Assembly: GCA_001179505.1 (NCBI GenBank)
Contig: CDMY01000310.1
Location: forward strand, 1 to 64,000
Length of the DNA: 64,000 nucleotides
Origin: Vitrella brassicaformis CCMP3155
Taxonomy: Eukaryota; Protista; Chromerida
Direction of reading: 5' to 3'
Under the pieces are notes generated by a model, which was not told the origin of the DNA, did not search any database, and saw only the letters and a program-made list of their open reading frames with translations. How positions within the stretch are numbered: the stretch's first letter is position 1; each line of letters starts with the position of its first letter. Both the position numbers and the translations under genes were made by a program. Positions 27,605 through 39,390 of the stretch are shown piece by piece.

Positions 27605-29233
27605 ATGGAGGCGGGCAAGGAGGCCGACAGCTCCTGCTCAGCGTCTTGTGTGGGAGCGGAGAGCGAGCACGGCGAGAGCGACGTGGTCATCATTGCCAAG
27701 TGGGGCAGCCGCGAAGTGGAGCTCAGCTTCACGCCCACCGACTTTGAGACCTTCACAGTCAGCGATCTCAAGGGCAAGATATCGGAGGAGCTCACCATCC
27801 CCATGGACAGACAAGTGCAGTGGGCACACACAACGAACGAACGACACACATGCACTGCACTGAAAGCCGTGTGTCTGCCTGTCTGTCTGGTTGTCTGTCT
27901 ATGTGATATATGTGCAGAAGCTGCTGGGTGTGACCAATTGCAACGGCAAGGCGCCGCAGGACGGCGACCTGCTGTCGTCGCTGAGCTTCAAGAAGACATC
28001 GCCCAAGCTGTCGTTCATGCTGATGGGCACGCCCCTGGCGCAGACGTTCATCGACCCCTCCAAGCGGGACGACCTGCCAGAGGTCGTCAACGATCTCGCT
28101 TGGGATTACGTGCCCACCGGTGGGTACACCGAGCCGAGCTGACACACACAGACAGAGAGGCAACAGACAAAGGGTGTGCAGATGGATGGATGTGTGTGGT
28201 GGTTGTCTGTCTGTGTCACGCAGAGAACAACATATCGGAGATCCGCAATGACATCCACTTGAGTCGCCTGCACAAGGCGATAGAGAAGACCACCATCACA
28301 CTCATCCAGCCCTTCAGGCCAAAACGCAAGCTGCTCGTTCTCGATCTCGACTACACTGTCTTCGACTGCAAGTAACACACGCACTCACACACACACACTC
28401 AGACGGCTGCATCTGTGTGCTTGGGCGTGTGTGTGCACTGCAGGGGCGACCCCCGTGCAATCCAGGACGCCAAGCGGCCGTTTCTGGATCACTTTATGGA
28501 GACGGTTTACGCGCATTACGACATCGCCGTGTGGAGCCAGACCGAATGGAAGTGGGTCGAGATGAAGTGCACAGAGCTGGGCTTCCTGACCTCACCCAAA
28601 TACGCCGTCAACTTTGTCCTCGACAGGCACACACACACACACACACACGCAGAGAGAGAGAGAGAGAGAGAGCACAGGCGTACATGAAACTCTCTCTCTC
28701 TCTGTCTGTGTGTATGTCGGTCGGTCGTCATAATACTAGGTCCTCGATGTTTTCGGTGTGCAGTCGTCAGAAGGACGGCACGAGCCGGACGCACGAGGTC
28801 AAGGCGCTGGAGATCATCTGGGCCAAGTTCCCCGACACCTGGGGGCCACACAACACCCTCCACGTCGACGACCTCAGCAGAAACTTCGCCATGAACCCTA
28901 AGAACGGCATCAAGGTCTCATCTTACAAGTGAGCGGGCCACGGAGGGAGGGAGGGAGGGAGGGAGGGAGAGAGGGAGAGAGACCAACAGACAGACAGACA
29001 GACAGACAGGGAGCGATGGACAATCCCTCCCTCCCTCTCTCTGTCCGTGTGTGGGTGCCTGCAGGATGTCGAAGCGCGGAAGCGACACCGAGTTGTACCA
29101 GCTGTCAGCGTATCTCGCGCACGTGGCCTCCATGCCCGACGTCTCGTCCATCGACCACTCCAAATGGAAACAAGTCGCCAAACAGCTGCAGGACGCCTTC
29201 ACCTACGGAGCCGCCGCAGCCAACGGGCAATAG
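27605..29233 (+). CDS. UBLCP1: Ubiquitin-like domain-containing CTD phosphatase 1 (proteasome-associated HAD/FCP phosphatase)
   Basis: N-terminal UBL (IIAKWGSREVEL...TVSDLKGKISEELTIPMDRQKLLG) plus FCP/SCP domain: RPKRKLLVLDLDYTVFD, KRPFLDHFMETVYAHYDIAVWSQTEWKWVEMKCTELG, VKALEIIWAKFP...NTLHVDDLSRNFAMNPKNGIK, DTELYQLSAYL. Confidence 0.92.
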
Positions 29234-30723
29234 CGGACCCACCATCTGCAAGAAGGCAGTCAGGCTGGCTGGCGGGGTGGCCTTTTTTTCCTATTGTTTT
29301 GTTTGCTCTGCTTCGCTTTGTTTGTTGTGTGTGTGTGTGGTGGGAGGGAAGGAGGAAACTGCTGGTGGATCGGTGTGTACAGACAGCGAGGTGGGGTGGC
29401 CGGCCAGTGTGTTGCGTGTTGCTGAGTCCCAGCCAGACGCGAGTGTGAGCGCGGGCAGCACATGGACGCGTGTGGGTGTCCGTGCTCGTACACATCTGCT
29501 AGCGCGTCGGTGTGCGGGGGGGGGGTGTCTGTCGGCGTGTGTCTGTCTGTCTATCGCAGCGAGTAATCAGCAGTGCATTCAATTAGTGTGTGTGAGTGTG
29601 TGCAGTGAGTGCTAATTGCTGTTGGTTGAGCGTCTGTCAATATACCCTCTCTCTATATAATGGTCAATTCCTTTGCACATCTCAGAGAAGAGGGAGGACT
29701 TTCTGTGAGAGGAGAGGATGGATGGATGGATGGATGGGTGTACCATAACACACACACGTCTGCCTGTGTGTGTGTGTGTGTGTGTGTGAGATGCTGTGTG
29801 TTGTGTGCTGTGTGCATTTAGGCATTGCCTGTGTGTGTGTGCCGCTGACTTTTGCAGACCGACAGACAGCGAGACGGGCGGATGTGGCTCCGCTCGCTGG
29901 TTTTGGTTCGTGCGGTGCAGTACATTACTTGTCTGTCTGTCTGCTGGTGTGTCCTTCCTTCCTTCAGGCGGGCACATCCCCCTTTCTGACTGACTTATGT
30001 GATGTGTGTGGTCCTGTGTATCGCTTTCTCTCACCCTACCCTCTCTGACGTCACACCACACCACACCCGCCATCCACCACCGAATTCGGAGCATAGATTA
30101 TCTATCTCATCACACCACCTTAGCCATGACAAAGATCCACCGATGCATCCATCGATCCAGCTCAACCATCACGTCAATCAGCCATCTCTGTGTTGGCCAT
30201 CAGTGCCTCCGCCCGCCGCAAGCGCCCCACCCCCAAGACAAGCATAGCGACATCCAGCCTGCCCCTTGAGTAGGTTGTCGGGATCAGACATACGCCACCA
30301 CTGCAAGGATGTTAAGAGCGATTCACAGCCCCAGATCACACACTGCAAACCAGTCTTCTCATTCCCCATACATCTCTGTGCCTCTGTCAGCGTGTCTTGT
30401 TGGCTCCTCATGCCGCGGCGTGTGACGAGGGGCCGCAGAGGGGGATACACCACCGCTGCCCGGCGTCACCGACTACCAACGTAAGGAGCCAACGACACAC
30501 GACGACGAGAAAGGGCACCAGCCAAGAGCCGCGTATGCAGACACGCTGCACATCATTATATCGCCCCCACAGCTGCTCTGCGCTGACCATGAAGACACCA
30601 AAAACCTGCCTTCTCATCTTGTCTGTCTCTTCTTATCTATCTCGACCCGATCCTCCCGTAGTCTCCTTACTGTACACCCGTTCCCTTCCCCTCTCCACCC
30701 TCCCGCCCCCGCGAGTGGATCGG

Positions 30724-31301
30724 TCAGTTGTTGGTTTCGAATTGTGCGAACCAGACGTCGTCTCCGCGTACCCAGAGGGGCTTGTTCATGATCTCACCCA
30801 CGGGCAGCATGGCGGGGGTCTTGTCCACCGGGATGAAGTCGTACAGCTGACGCTTGCAGTCCTCCAGCTGGCTCACCAGAAACATGCAGTGCATATTCTT
30901 CTCGTCAAACCCGCTGCACAAGACACACACACACACAAACCACACACCACAACCCTCTCTCTCTCTCTCTCTCTGTTTGTGTGTGTGTGTGTGATGGTTG
31001 CTTACGCCTCGGTGTTTGCGCATTCGTATCGGTACTGCTTGGCCACATTGTAGCACCTGAAGTCCTCTGACGCCCCGCGCGCCCTCAGCTCTGCCTTGAG
31101 CACCTCCTCCCGCCTGTTGACTTTGTAGTGCATCCGGCGGATGGACTTGGCGATGAGGAGGGCGACGGCGACGCCGCTGATGAAGAAGCCCAATCTCATG
31201 CCGATGTGCATCTGCCGGTAGTCCATGTAGAACGACCGGAAGTAGCCAGTGTACTTGTCGTGCTTCTGCCGAAGCACACAAGAGAGCCGAAGCATCGTCA
31301 T
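30724..31301 (-). CDS. Putative mitochondrial inner-membrane protein with one TM helix and a twin-Cys (CHCH-like) hairpin
   Basis: Two exons (intron ~30916-31005) give ~163 aa: basic presequence-like N-terminus, hydrophobic LGFFISGVAVALLIA, then CYNVAKQYRYEC (Cx10C) and CMFLVSQLEDC (Cx9C). Confidence 0.65.
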
Positions 31302-31408
31302 GACGGTAGATGGCCGGCCGACGGAGGGAGGGAGGGAGGCTGACAGAGTGACAAGAGAAAATAGGGTCGGTCGGTTGAGAGAGTGGTTTCACGGAATTCG
31401 GTAGGGTC

Positions 31409-31417
31409 TGCGAGCTT
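31409..31417 (+). promoter_or_regulatory. Candidate promoter element TGCGAGCTT (twin-Cys gene/F-box divergent promoter)
   Basis: Exact 9-mer between the ATGs at 31301 (-) and 31521 (+). Confidence 0.55.
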
Positions 31418-31520
31418 GAAGCCGTTCCTTCTCAAGTTGAAAAGGGGCGCCGCAGCCTGAGCTTCAATCGACGGCCTGCTTTTCAGCTTGCTGTGATCAC
31501 GTTCGAAGAACTTTGGATCC

Positions 31521-32117
31521 ATGTGCCGCATTTCGCGTCTGCCTGAGGATGTGCTCGACCTGCTGCTGGGGTTTCTGCCCATCAAGACCATGCTCGCCCT
31601 CACCTGCGCCTCCAGTTCCTGCAGAGATGCCCTCGACGAAGACCGGTGGCGGCGATTGTTTATGCTGACCCTGCCGGCGGGTCTGCGGAACCAGATGCAG
31701 CCACATCACACCTACAAGGGGTTCTTTCTCATGCTGGCAGAGACTGTCTGCACACACTGCCACCGGCAGGCCGTCAGGCACTTTCCTGAACGGCTCTGCA
31801 AACGACACGGCAAGTCTGTCAAGGTGGGTGACACACCAACCACACACACACACACACACGGCACATGTCACGGCGCGATGCCCCCCCATGTGTGGTGTGT
31901 TGTGTGAGTGCAGGTGATACTGCGGCACTGCAGTAGCAGTATGGTGGCGTTGTCGGCTGTGTATCGCGAGTATGGGCTGCCCAAGAGGGAGGTGCAGCGG
32001 ATGGGTCTCACTGCTCTGAGGGACGACAAGCGAGGCGGCCCCGAGGGTGTGTATTATCGTCGGAGGGACGTCGAGAGGCGCATAAGGGAGGCACAGGCGA
32101 GGAGGGCCGCCGTGTAG
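31521..32117 (+). CDS. F-box protein with a C-terminal Cys/His and XPA-C-like region
   Basis: N-terminal ISRLPEDVLDLLLGFLPIKTMLALTCASSSCRDAL...WRRL is an F-box signature. Two exons (AAG|gtgggt ... tgcag|GTG). Confidence 0.75.
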
Positions 32118-32158
32118 TGAGTGGGTCTTGGTGAGCGGGGGGGGGGGGGGGGGGGGGG

Positions 32159-32458
32159 NNNNNNNNNNNNNNNNNNNNNNNNNNNNNNNNNNNNNNNNNN
32201 NNNNNNNNNNNNNNNNNNNNNNNNNNNNNNNNNNNNNNNNNNNNNNNNNNNNNNNNNNNNNNNNNNNNNNNNNNNNNNNNNNNNNNNNNNNNNNNNNNNN
32301 NNNNNNNNNNNNNNNNNNNNNNNNNNNNNNNNNNNNNNNNNNNNNNNNNNNNNNNNNNNNNNNNNNNNNNNNNNNNNNNNNNNNNNNNNNNNNNNNNNNN
32401 NNNNNNNNNNNNNNNNNNNNNNNNNNNNNNNNNNNNNNNNNNNNNNNNNNNNNNNNNN
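32159..32458. other. Assembly gap (300 N) after a long G tract
   Basis: Run of N. Confidence 1.
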
Positions 32459-33065
32459 GTTGGCTGCCAGTGGGTGGTGTGCCGGTGTACTGTACAGCGG
32501 TCTTGTGCGGACTTTTTCGCGTGTGTTGATCGGTCTGTCGGATGTAGGTAGGCTTGTGTTGTTTCGTCGTAGTGGGTGACATAGGCAGCGGTGTGTTGAT
32601 TTCGCATGCCGCTGCCTCTGTCGCCAAGTACGACGACACCGACACATGAACCCATCGACAGGCAAGAGACAGACTATTGATGTCAACGAGTGGCATTGCA
32701 TTGCACTGAATTGAACTCCCAGTTTGCGTTGTTCAAGCGGAAAGCATGTCCGTTCCATCCATCCATCCATCCACCAGCTTTCCCTCCTAGCTTGGCCGGC
32801 CCACCCCACGCCACCCGTGTGGATGGATGCATCCACTCCACCCATCCGGTCAGTCAGTCAGTCAGATTCCTCACTCAAACAAACAGCCAGATACCCAGAC
32901 AGACAGACAGACAGGCAGTGCTTGCGAGCAACGTACTCACGAAGTAACAGCCAAACGAACCGACACACATGACGTGGAGGCCACAGACACAGTGAGAACA
33001 GACAGACATCCGTGTCCGTCCGGGTGGTTTTCGCGGCCGGCCGGCTGCCTCTGTCTGTCTGTCTC

Positions 33066-33380
33066 TCACTTTCTGCCGTTTGTGTGTGGATAGATCTTCA
33101 CCGGCTTGTAGTTGAATGACTTGCTGGGCGCCCTCAGGCCGGGGATGGCAGCGTCCTTCGACATGCTTGACGAGCCGCGCGAGTAGAACGAAGGTCTCAC
33201 GGCGGTCGGGGGAGGCGCGCACACCGCCGAAGTGGCTGCTGCGGCGGTCTGTGGCCGTGGGGGCGGCTTGCCGAATATCTCCGCGTTGGTGATCTGGGAG
33301 GTGTAGGCCCATGGCGCGTCCACCTTCTTCTTGCCCTTGCCTGACAGTCAGGCACACAGGCACATCCATCCATCCAGCTG

Positions 33381-33422
<42 letters not shown>

Positions 33423-35016
33423 TGTTTGATCCGACCGAAGTATCCCATGAGGTTCACTTCCGTGGGGTCGACGCACAGGCCCTTTGCCAGATGTTTGCTG
33501 GCCTTGGGCGGCTCCGGCTCCACCTGCCCGCCCGGCACCATCCCATTGCTGCCTGCCCAACCATTGCTGTGATGCTGATAAGAAGAATGGTACCCCCCAT
33601 GGTGGCCACCACTGCCATAGCCCGCCGACGTGTTGAGCACCACACCCATTCCGTTGCCAACAGTGCCGTGTGCCGCCGGCCCCCCAATCATCATCCCGTG
33701 CATCTGCATGTCGTCGCTTTTCTGCGGGCCGCCCTCCCACCCGTTGGCTGAGTGCTTAGTCGCATACGCAGGGTGGAGGGGGGGCGGGTGGTGGCCATGG
33801 TGGGGGTGGTTGTACGGCGTGTAGGCCATGTCTGCGTGTGTGGGGGCGGGCTTGGGCTGGTGGTAGTGCGACGACTTGTCGACGCGCTGGATGCCGCCCC
33901 AGGGCTTCTCTGCCGCAGTGCCCGCCGGCTTCAGATCCTCCTGTGTGATCACAGAAACCAGATACATACACCCAGAGAGACACCAGGTGTAGGGGGATGG
34001 GTGTGTGAGTTGTGTTGGGGTGTGCGGTGCGTACCAGTAGGTTTCCCGCTCTCATCTTCTGGTTGAGCTGTCGCTTGGGCGGCTCCAGCGGCAGCTGCAT
34101 GTTGTACTTGGTCAGCTCACTGTCCTGCACCCTGTTCAGCACTCGCAGCCCGCCGTAGTACTGCTGCTGCTGCTGCTGCTGCCATCCGTCCACTGCCACG
34201 TCCTGTGGCGGGCTCCTGGTGCCGGCGGCATTCTTCTGCTCGTCGGTGCACCAAGGCGTCCTCAGCACCGGGACTGTGGGAGGTCTCTGGTGCTCAGCCT
34301 GCCCCACAGGGACCTTGACCATCACACTGGTCGACGGCAGCTCGCCTTGCTCGCCCTCGTCGTTCTCCTGTTGCTGCCCGTGACCGTCTTTGGTAAGCTT
34401 GGGGACGCCTTTGGCGGCGTCGAGCTCGTCGTCAAGCGCGAAGGGGCTCACGAGCTTGTATAACGAGCTGCTGGGCTGGGCATGGGCAGCATTGTTGTGC
34501 ACGCCGTTCTGGGCGCCCGGCATCCCACAGACGGCTGCAGATGGGCCGAGGACCAGCTTGCGTCCGCCGCCCTGCAGACAGCCAGACAGGCAAAGCATGC
34601 AGCAGAGAGGTCCCAGAAGCACTGCAGGCAGCTCAGCTGATTCTAGTCATGTACCTTACCTGCTGGAAGTGGTTTCGGAGGTTGACGGCGGTAGGGTCTC
34701 GGCACATGCCCTTGGCGAGCAGTGAGGAGGGCTCCATGTCCAAGTTGGTAAAGGCGACGCCCGGCCGGCCCTTGCCCGTGTGCAGCATCACATTGGCCGC
34801 CATCGCCTCGGCCGCTCCCATTGGGGTCTCGGGCGCCTCCTCGGCTGGCCCTTGCTCATTCTCCTGTTGCTGCTGCTCTGTCTCGGTGTTGTTGTAGGGT
34901 GGGTAGGCCGTCCTCATGCCGAAAATCTCGCTGACCCCGTCGCTTCTCCATGTGTTGCAGTAGCGGCTGCACTGCTTGGACAGCTTCGACCAGCCAACAC
35001 GCCCCTTGCCGCTCAT
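33066..35016 (-). CDS. Hypothetical low-complexity protein with a duplicated LAKGxCxDPTxVNL motif
   Basis: Four exons with GT-AG boundaries (approx. 35016-34658, 34570-34035, 33940-33430, 33340-33066). Gln/Gly/His/Pro-rich. No family recognised. Confidence 0.65.
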
Positions 35017-35282
35017 ACCGTCGACTTGTCAAACAGACAGCAAATTGAATCAGAGAGAGGCGGACGAGGGGCTAAGCCTCCGTGGACGGACGATGGGCAA
35101 AGGGGTGGGCCCCACTGTCTGATTTGCTTCAAAGCCGGCCCGGGTCGCTCTCGTCAGGCCTTGGGTGGCCTCCGGAAGCGCAGTGACGACGAAATCTCCT
35201 GGTGACGAGGGAGGGAAGCAGGAGGCAAGTCGGGTGCTTTCGCTCGGTTCCTACGGCAAATGTGGCGTGAGGGAGCTTTCAG

Positions 35283-36360
35283 ATGAGTGTGAGAGGATCT
35301 GTCTCCACTCGAGTTGAAGGAGAAGCGTTCCCGAGAGAGACTGAAGGCCCCCACCTCGATCCGATAAAGCTCGCAAAAGACAGATGGAAAGACGACAAAA
35401 TGGAGGGCCCGCCCTCTCCCACGTCCCCGAAATACCACCCTGGTCAAGAGTCGCCCGCCTCGAGCAGCCTCCGTTTGCTCAAGGAGAAGCTCCGGCACAA
35501 GCAGAATGTGACGGGCTCGCCGCTGCGCCTGTGCGCCTACGAGACCCTGCGGACGCAGAAGAGCATGAAACGGCTCGACACCATGCCCGAGCCATTGCCT
35601 TCCACAGTTGCTGCTGCTGCAGCGGGGGGTGGAGGCGACGAGAGGATTCCGAATGGCGTTGTCACTGACCCGAGAGGCTCCTACGGCAAGAGCAAGTCGG
35701 ACATGGGCCTGCCATCGCTCTCGACGCTGCTCACCACTGCAATGGAGGACTTGGAGAGAGCAGGGCCGCCAAAACCACACCCACACCCACACCCACAGCT
35801 GCCACAGCTACAACCACAGCAACCGGCACCACCACCACCAGCAGCAGCAGCCACCTCTGTGTCGTCGCCCGTCGTGACTGACCGGTCGACGGCCGCGGAG
35901 CACCTGAGGCTCTTAAGGCGACACAGACGGCCGTCCATCCCTCGCGAGAGCGATGGCGCGTCATCGCCCGAGCCGCCCAGCAGTCAGGGCGGCGACTCTC
36001 CGTCCTACTCGCCTGAGCGCGAGATGAGGGACAGAAGGTCGCTGGCGCCTGTTGCTGAGGAGAGCTCTTCTGGTGGTGGTGGTGCGGGTGCACCTGTTGC
36101 TGCGTCATCAGCTGCTGCTGTTACTGCTGGCGTTGATGAGGTTTATAGAGAGGGAGAGGTTCACAGAGACGGATCAGGGAGGCCGGGAAGGGTCAAAGGT
36201 GGGGCTATAGGTGGGATGGGGCGGCCGCATGGTGCTGGGGCGGGTGCATCAGCAGCATCAGCAGCAGCAGCAGGTGCTAGCCTGCCGTGTGCGCCCAAGA
36301 GGATGAAAGTGGTGGTCAAATGGACCTGCACCAAGTGCAAGGTGAGAACCAACAGACCGA

Positions 36361-36391
<31 letters not shown>

Positions 36392-36850
36392 ACAGGCAGA
36401 CAAACAAAAGACATCGGCTCTGTCTGTCATGTGTTTGTTGGCTTGCGTGCATTTCTTCCTTGATGACACAATGATGCGATCGATGATGCAGCGTAGCTGC
36501 ATCCCTGTGCGCGACGAGTCGCGGTGTCTGTGTGGGCATCGGCTGCGGGAACACCACTGCCAGACGCCACCCAACCACACGTGGGCCACACACAGTGGGG
36601 GACGGACACAAACTGAGGACACAAGCTGATTGAATGATGTGATATGATGCCTGGTGTGTGGCGCGTGTGTGCAGGTCATCGGGTGCGCATGACGGTTCGC
36701 TGCCTGGTCCCCGTCTGCCGTGCTCGCGATGTCCCTGCAAGCACTTCTTCTTCATTGTGTCCGAGGGGGCCTGGATACTCAGGTAGGGAGGGAGGGAGAT
36801 AGACACATGAGCTGAGCCTGCATGGCCGTACATATAATGGATGTGCCTGC

Positions 36851-36883
<33 letters not shown>

Positions 36884-37521
36884 TGTGGGTACAGGTGTAG
36901 CTGCAAGCACCGACACATTGAGCATGACCCCGTGACACACGCCTGCAACAAGTAAGTACTTAAGTGGGCCGGTGCGGTGGGCCGGTGGACGGCTGGAGGA
37001 GCGACACACATAGACAATCCATCCACTCCATGGTGTGTATGGTGCCGGTGTCTGTCTGTGTCTGTCGGTGTAGGCCAGGGTGCGGGTGCACGCGGTTCTT
37101 CTCGCCGTTTGTGTGCAACTGTGACCACCCTTGGAGCGACCACGTCCAGACTACACACTGGGAAGAGGTATAGTATATATGTGGCTGCGCTGTGGGCACA
37201 GGGGGACACACTATACACCTGCCTGCATAGCTGACTTACTTGCCTCCTCTTCTCTCTCTGTGCGTGTCTTAAGGTGCGGACAGTGGCTCAGATGTTGGCC
37301 GCTGCTGAGGACTTTCAATCCGCCGCGAGAGAGGTGGGTGCTCACCGCACCTAACCGCACTGCAGACACCCATGTGCAGCCAGCAGAAAGATATGGTGTC
37401 TGTATGCTGTCCTGGATGGGATGGGTGTGTGCAGGTGAACGACTACTCTGGTCTGATGCGTGGGGGCGATCTGAACCAGACGCCGATCAATGTCAACAGG
37501 GGCAACCAGCTGCCCAGATAG
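35283..37521 (+). CDS. FAM221-like (DUF4475) Cys/His-rich protein with a long disordered N-terminus
   Basis: Spliced C-terminus WTCTKCKRSCIPVRDESRCLCGHRLREH...CSRCPCKHFFFI...LRCSCKHRHIEH...CNKPGCGCTRFFSPFVCNCDHPWSDH matches the FAM221 pattern (SRCFCGH...C.C..F..P...RC.CKH...H...C..F.S...C.C..PW..H). The true start may be MEGPP at 35400. Confidence 0.75.
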
Positions 37522-37808
37522 ATGGAATGCTGTCCAGACCAACGGGGTCCTGTATACGACCGACCGTGTGCCTGTATGCTGTGTCTCTCTGTACGTGTAG
37601 CTAGCCGCCAATCTTCGCTATGAGCGACCAACGGTTGTCGTTGCTTGTAGTCCTCCATCCATCTGTCCACGGGATGGATTCGCTCCGGTTTGTCTGTTGC
37701 CCTTGCTTGCGCGCGCAACTAGCTACTGTTGATCTTCGTGGGGGAGGGCGGGGTTTGGGGTGTTTGCTCTGCTGATGGGACGGGGCGGGGCGGGGCGGGG
37801 GTCCATTT

Positions 37809-38108
37809 NNNNNNNNNNNNNNNNNNNNNNNNNNNNNNNNNNNNNNNNNNNNNNNNNNNNNNNNNNNNNNNNNNNNNNNNNNNNNNNNNNNNNNNNNNNN
37901 NNNNNNNNNNNNNNNNNNNNNNNNNNNNNNNNNNNNNNNNNNNNNNNNNNNNNNNNNNNNNNNNNNNNNNNNNNNNNNNNNNNNNNNNNNNNNNNNNNNN
38001 NNNNNNNNNNNNNNNNNNNNNNNNNNNNNNNNNNNNNNNNNNNNNNNNNNNNNNNNNNNNNNNNNNNNNNNNNNNNNNNNNNNNNNNNNNNNNNNNNNNN
38101 NNNNNNNN
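37809..38108. other. Assembly gap (300 N) flanked by near-identical (GGGGC)n-containing units
   Basis: Run of N. Confidence 1.
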
Positions 38109-38561
38109 GCTCTGCTGATGGGACGGGGCGGGGCGGGGCGGGGATCCATTCCTCCTTCCTCCCCTTGATTGAGCTTGTTTGATTGTTTGACTCTGCGTGC
38201 TCATGGGACACACTGTCTGTAACTGTTTAGTATTCACGAGTGTCACGTCACGGACACACAGACAGACGATTGAGTATTATTTACGGCTAATGAATGCAAA
38301 TTAGTTCTCTCTCGCTCTGTCCGCAGAAGCATGACAGGTGCTGTGCTGTGCTGTGCTGCATTGTCTTGTCTTGTCTTGTCTTTTCTTTGTCTTGTGTTGT
38401 CTGTGTGTGTCTATACCAGACACCCACCTGCACTGACTGCACGGTGAACACACCCTGCCCTGCCCTCTTCACCCCCAACAGGCAGGCCATGGATCGAAAG
38501 AGACGGCAGAGATTAAAACACAATTAAAGAGCAGCAGAGCAGCCACACATACGGCCGAAGC

Positions 38562-39353
38562 TCATGTGAGGTCAGGCACTCCGCTGTCTGTGTGCAGACT
38601 CAGCTCTGTGAAGGGCTCCGACGAGAAGCTCTTGCCCACCGGACTATCACCTACACACACACACGCACACACATGGAGACAACGCAGAACCAGCCCCCTC
38701 CCCTCCACACAGACACACACACAGACACACACACACACGCACCCACCTCTACTTTTGTTCCGTCGTCTCTGTCTTCTTTCTTGAAAAGTGACCAAGGGGT
38801 TGACGTCTGCACACACACACGGAGACACACAGAGAGAGAGAGAGACATGGACGTCTGTGTGCTCTGTGTGTCTATTCCTTCCTTCCTACCGTCATCAGCT
38901 TCCTCCTCGTCCATGTCTGTGCCGGTCTCCTGCCGGTCAATGCCGTAGCCGCTGCTGTTCAACTCGGCAGCCACAGCTAGGCGGACACACACACCGAATC
39001 ATGTCACGAGACACACACGGCCATGCCATGCAGTGCAGTCAGTACGCCAGCTGAGCATACCCTACCCTGTGCCAGAATGTATTTGGCTGAGGCGCTGAGA
39101 GACACGCTGTGCTTCGTCTTCCGGTGCATCAGGTCCACATCAGGGCCCTTCACACACACACATTCTTTCTACGTTGTCGCCTTTGCGAGCGGCTCTCACC
39201 CATGGCATGGCCTGCTTACGTCAGGGATGTGCACATCCGCCGGCGAGACAGAGAGTGTCGACCGCCGGCCGGGCGGCCTCCTGGCGGCCGCCGCTGGAGT
39301 GGGTGCCAGGGACTGCAGCTCCTGTGCTTGCGCCTGTAGCTGACCCAACTGCA

Positions 39354-39390
<37 letters not shown>

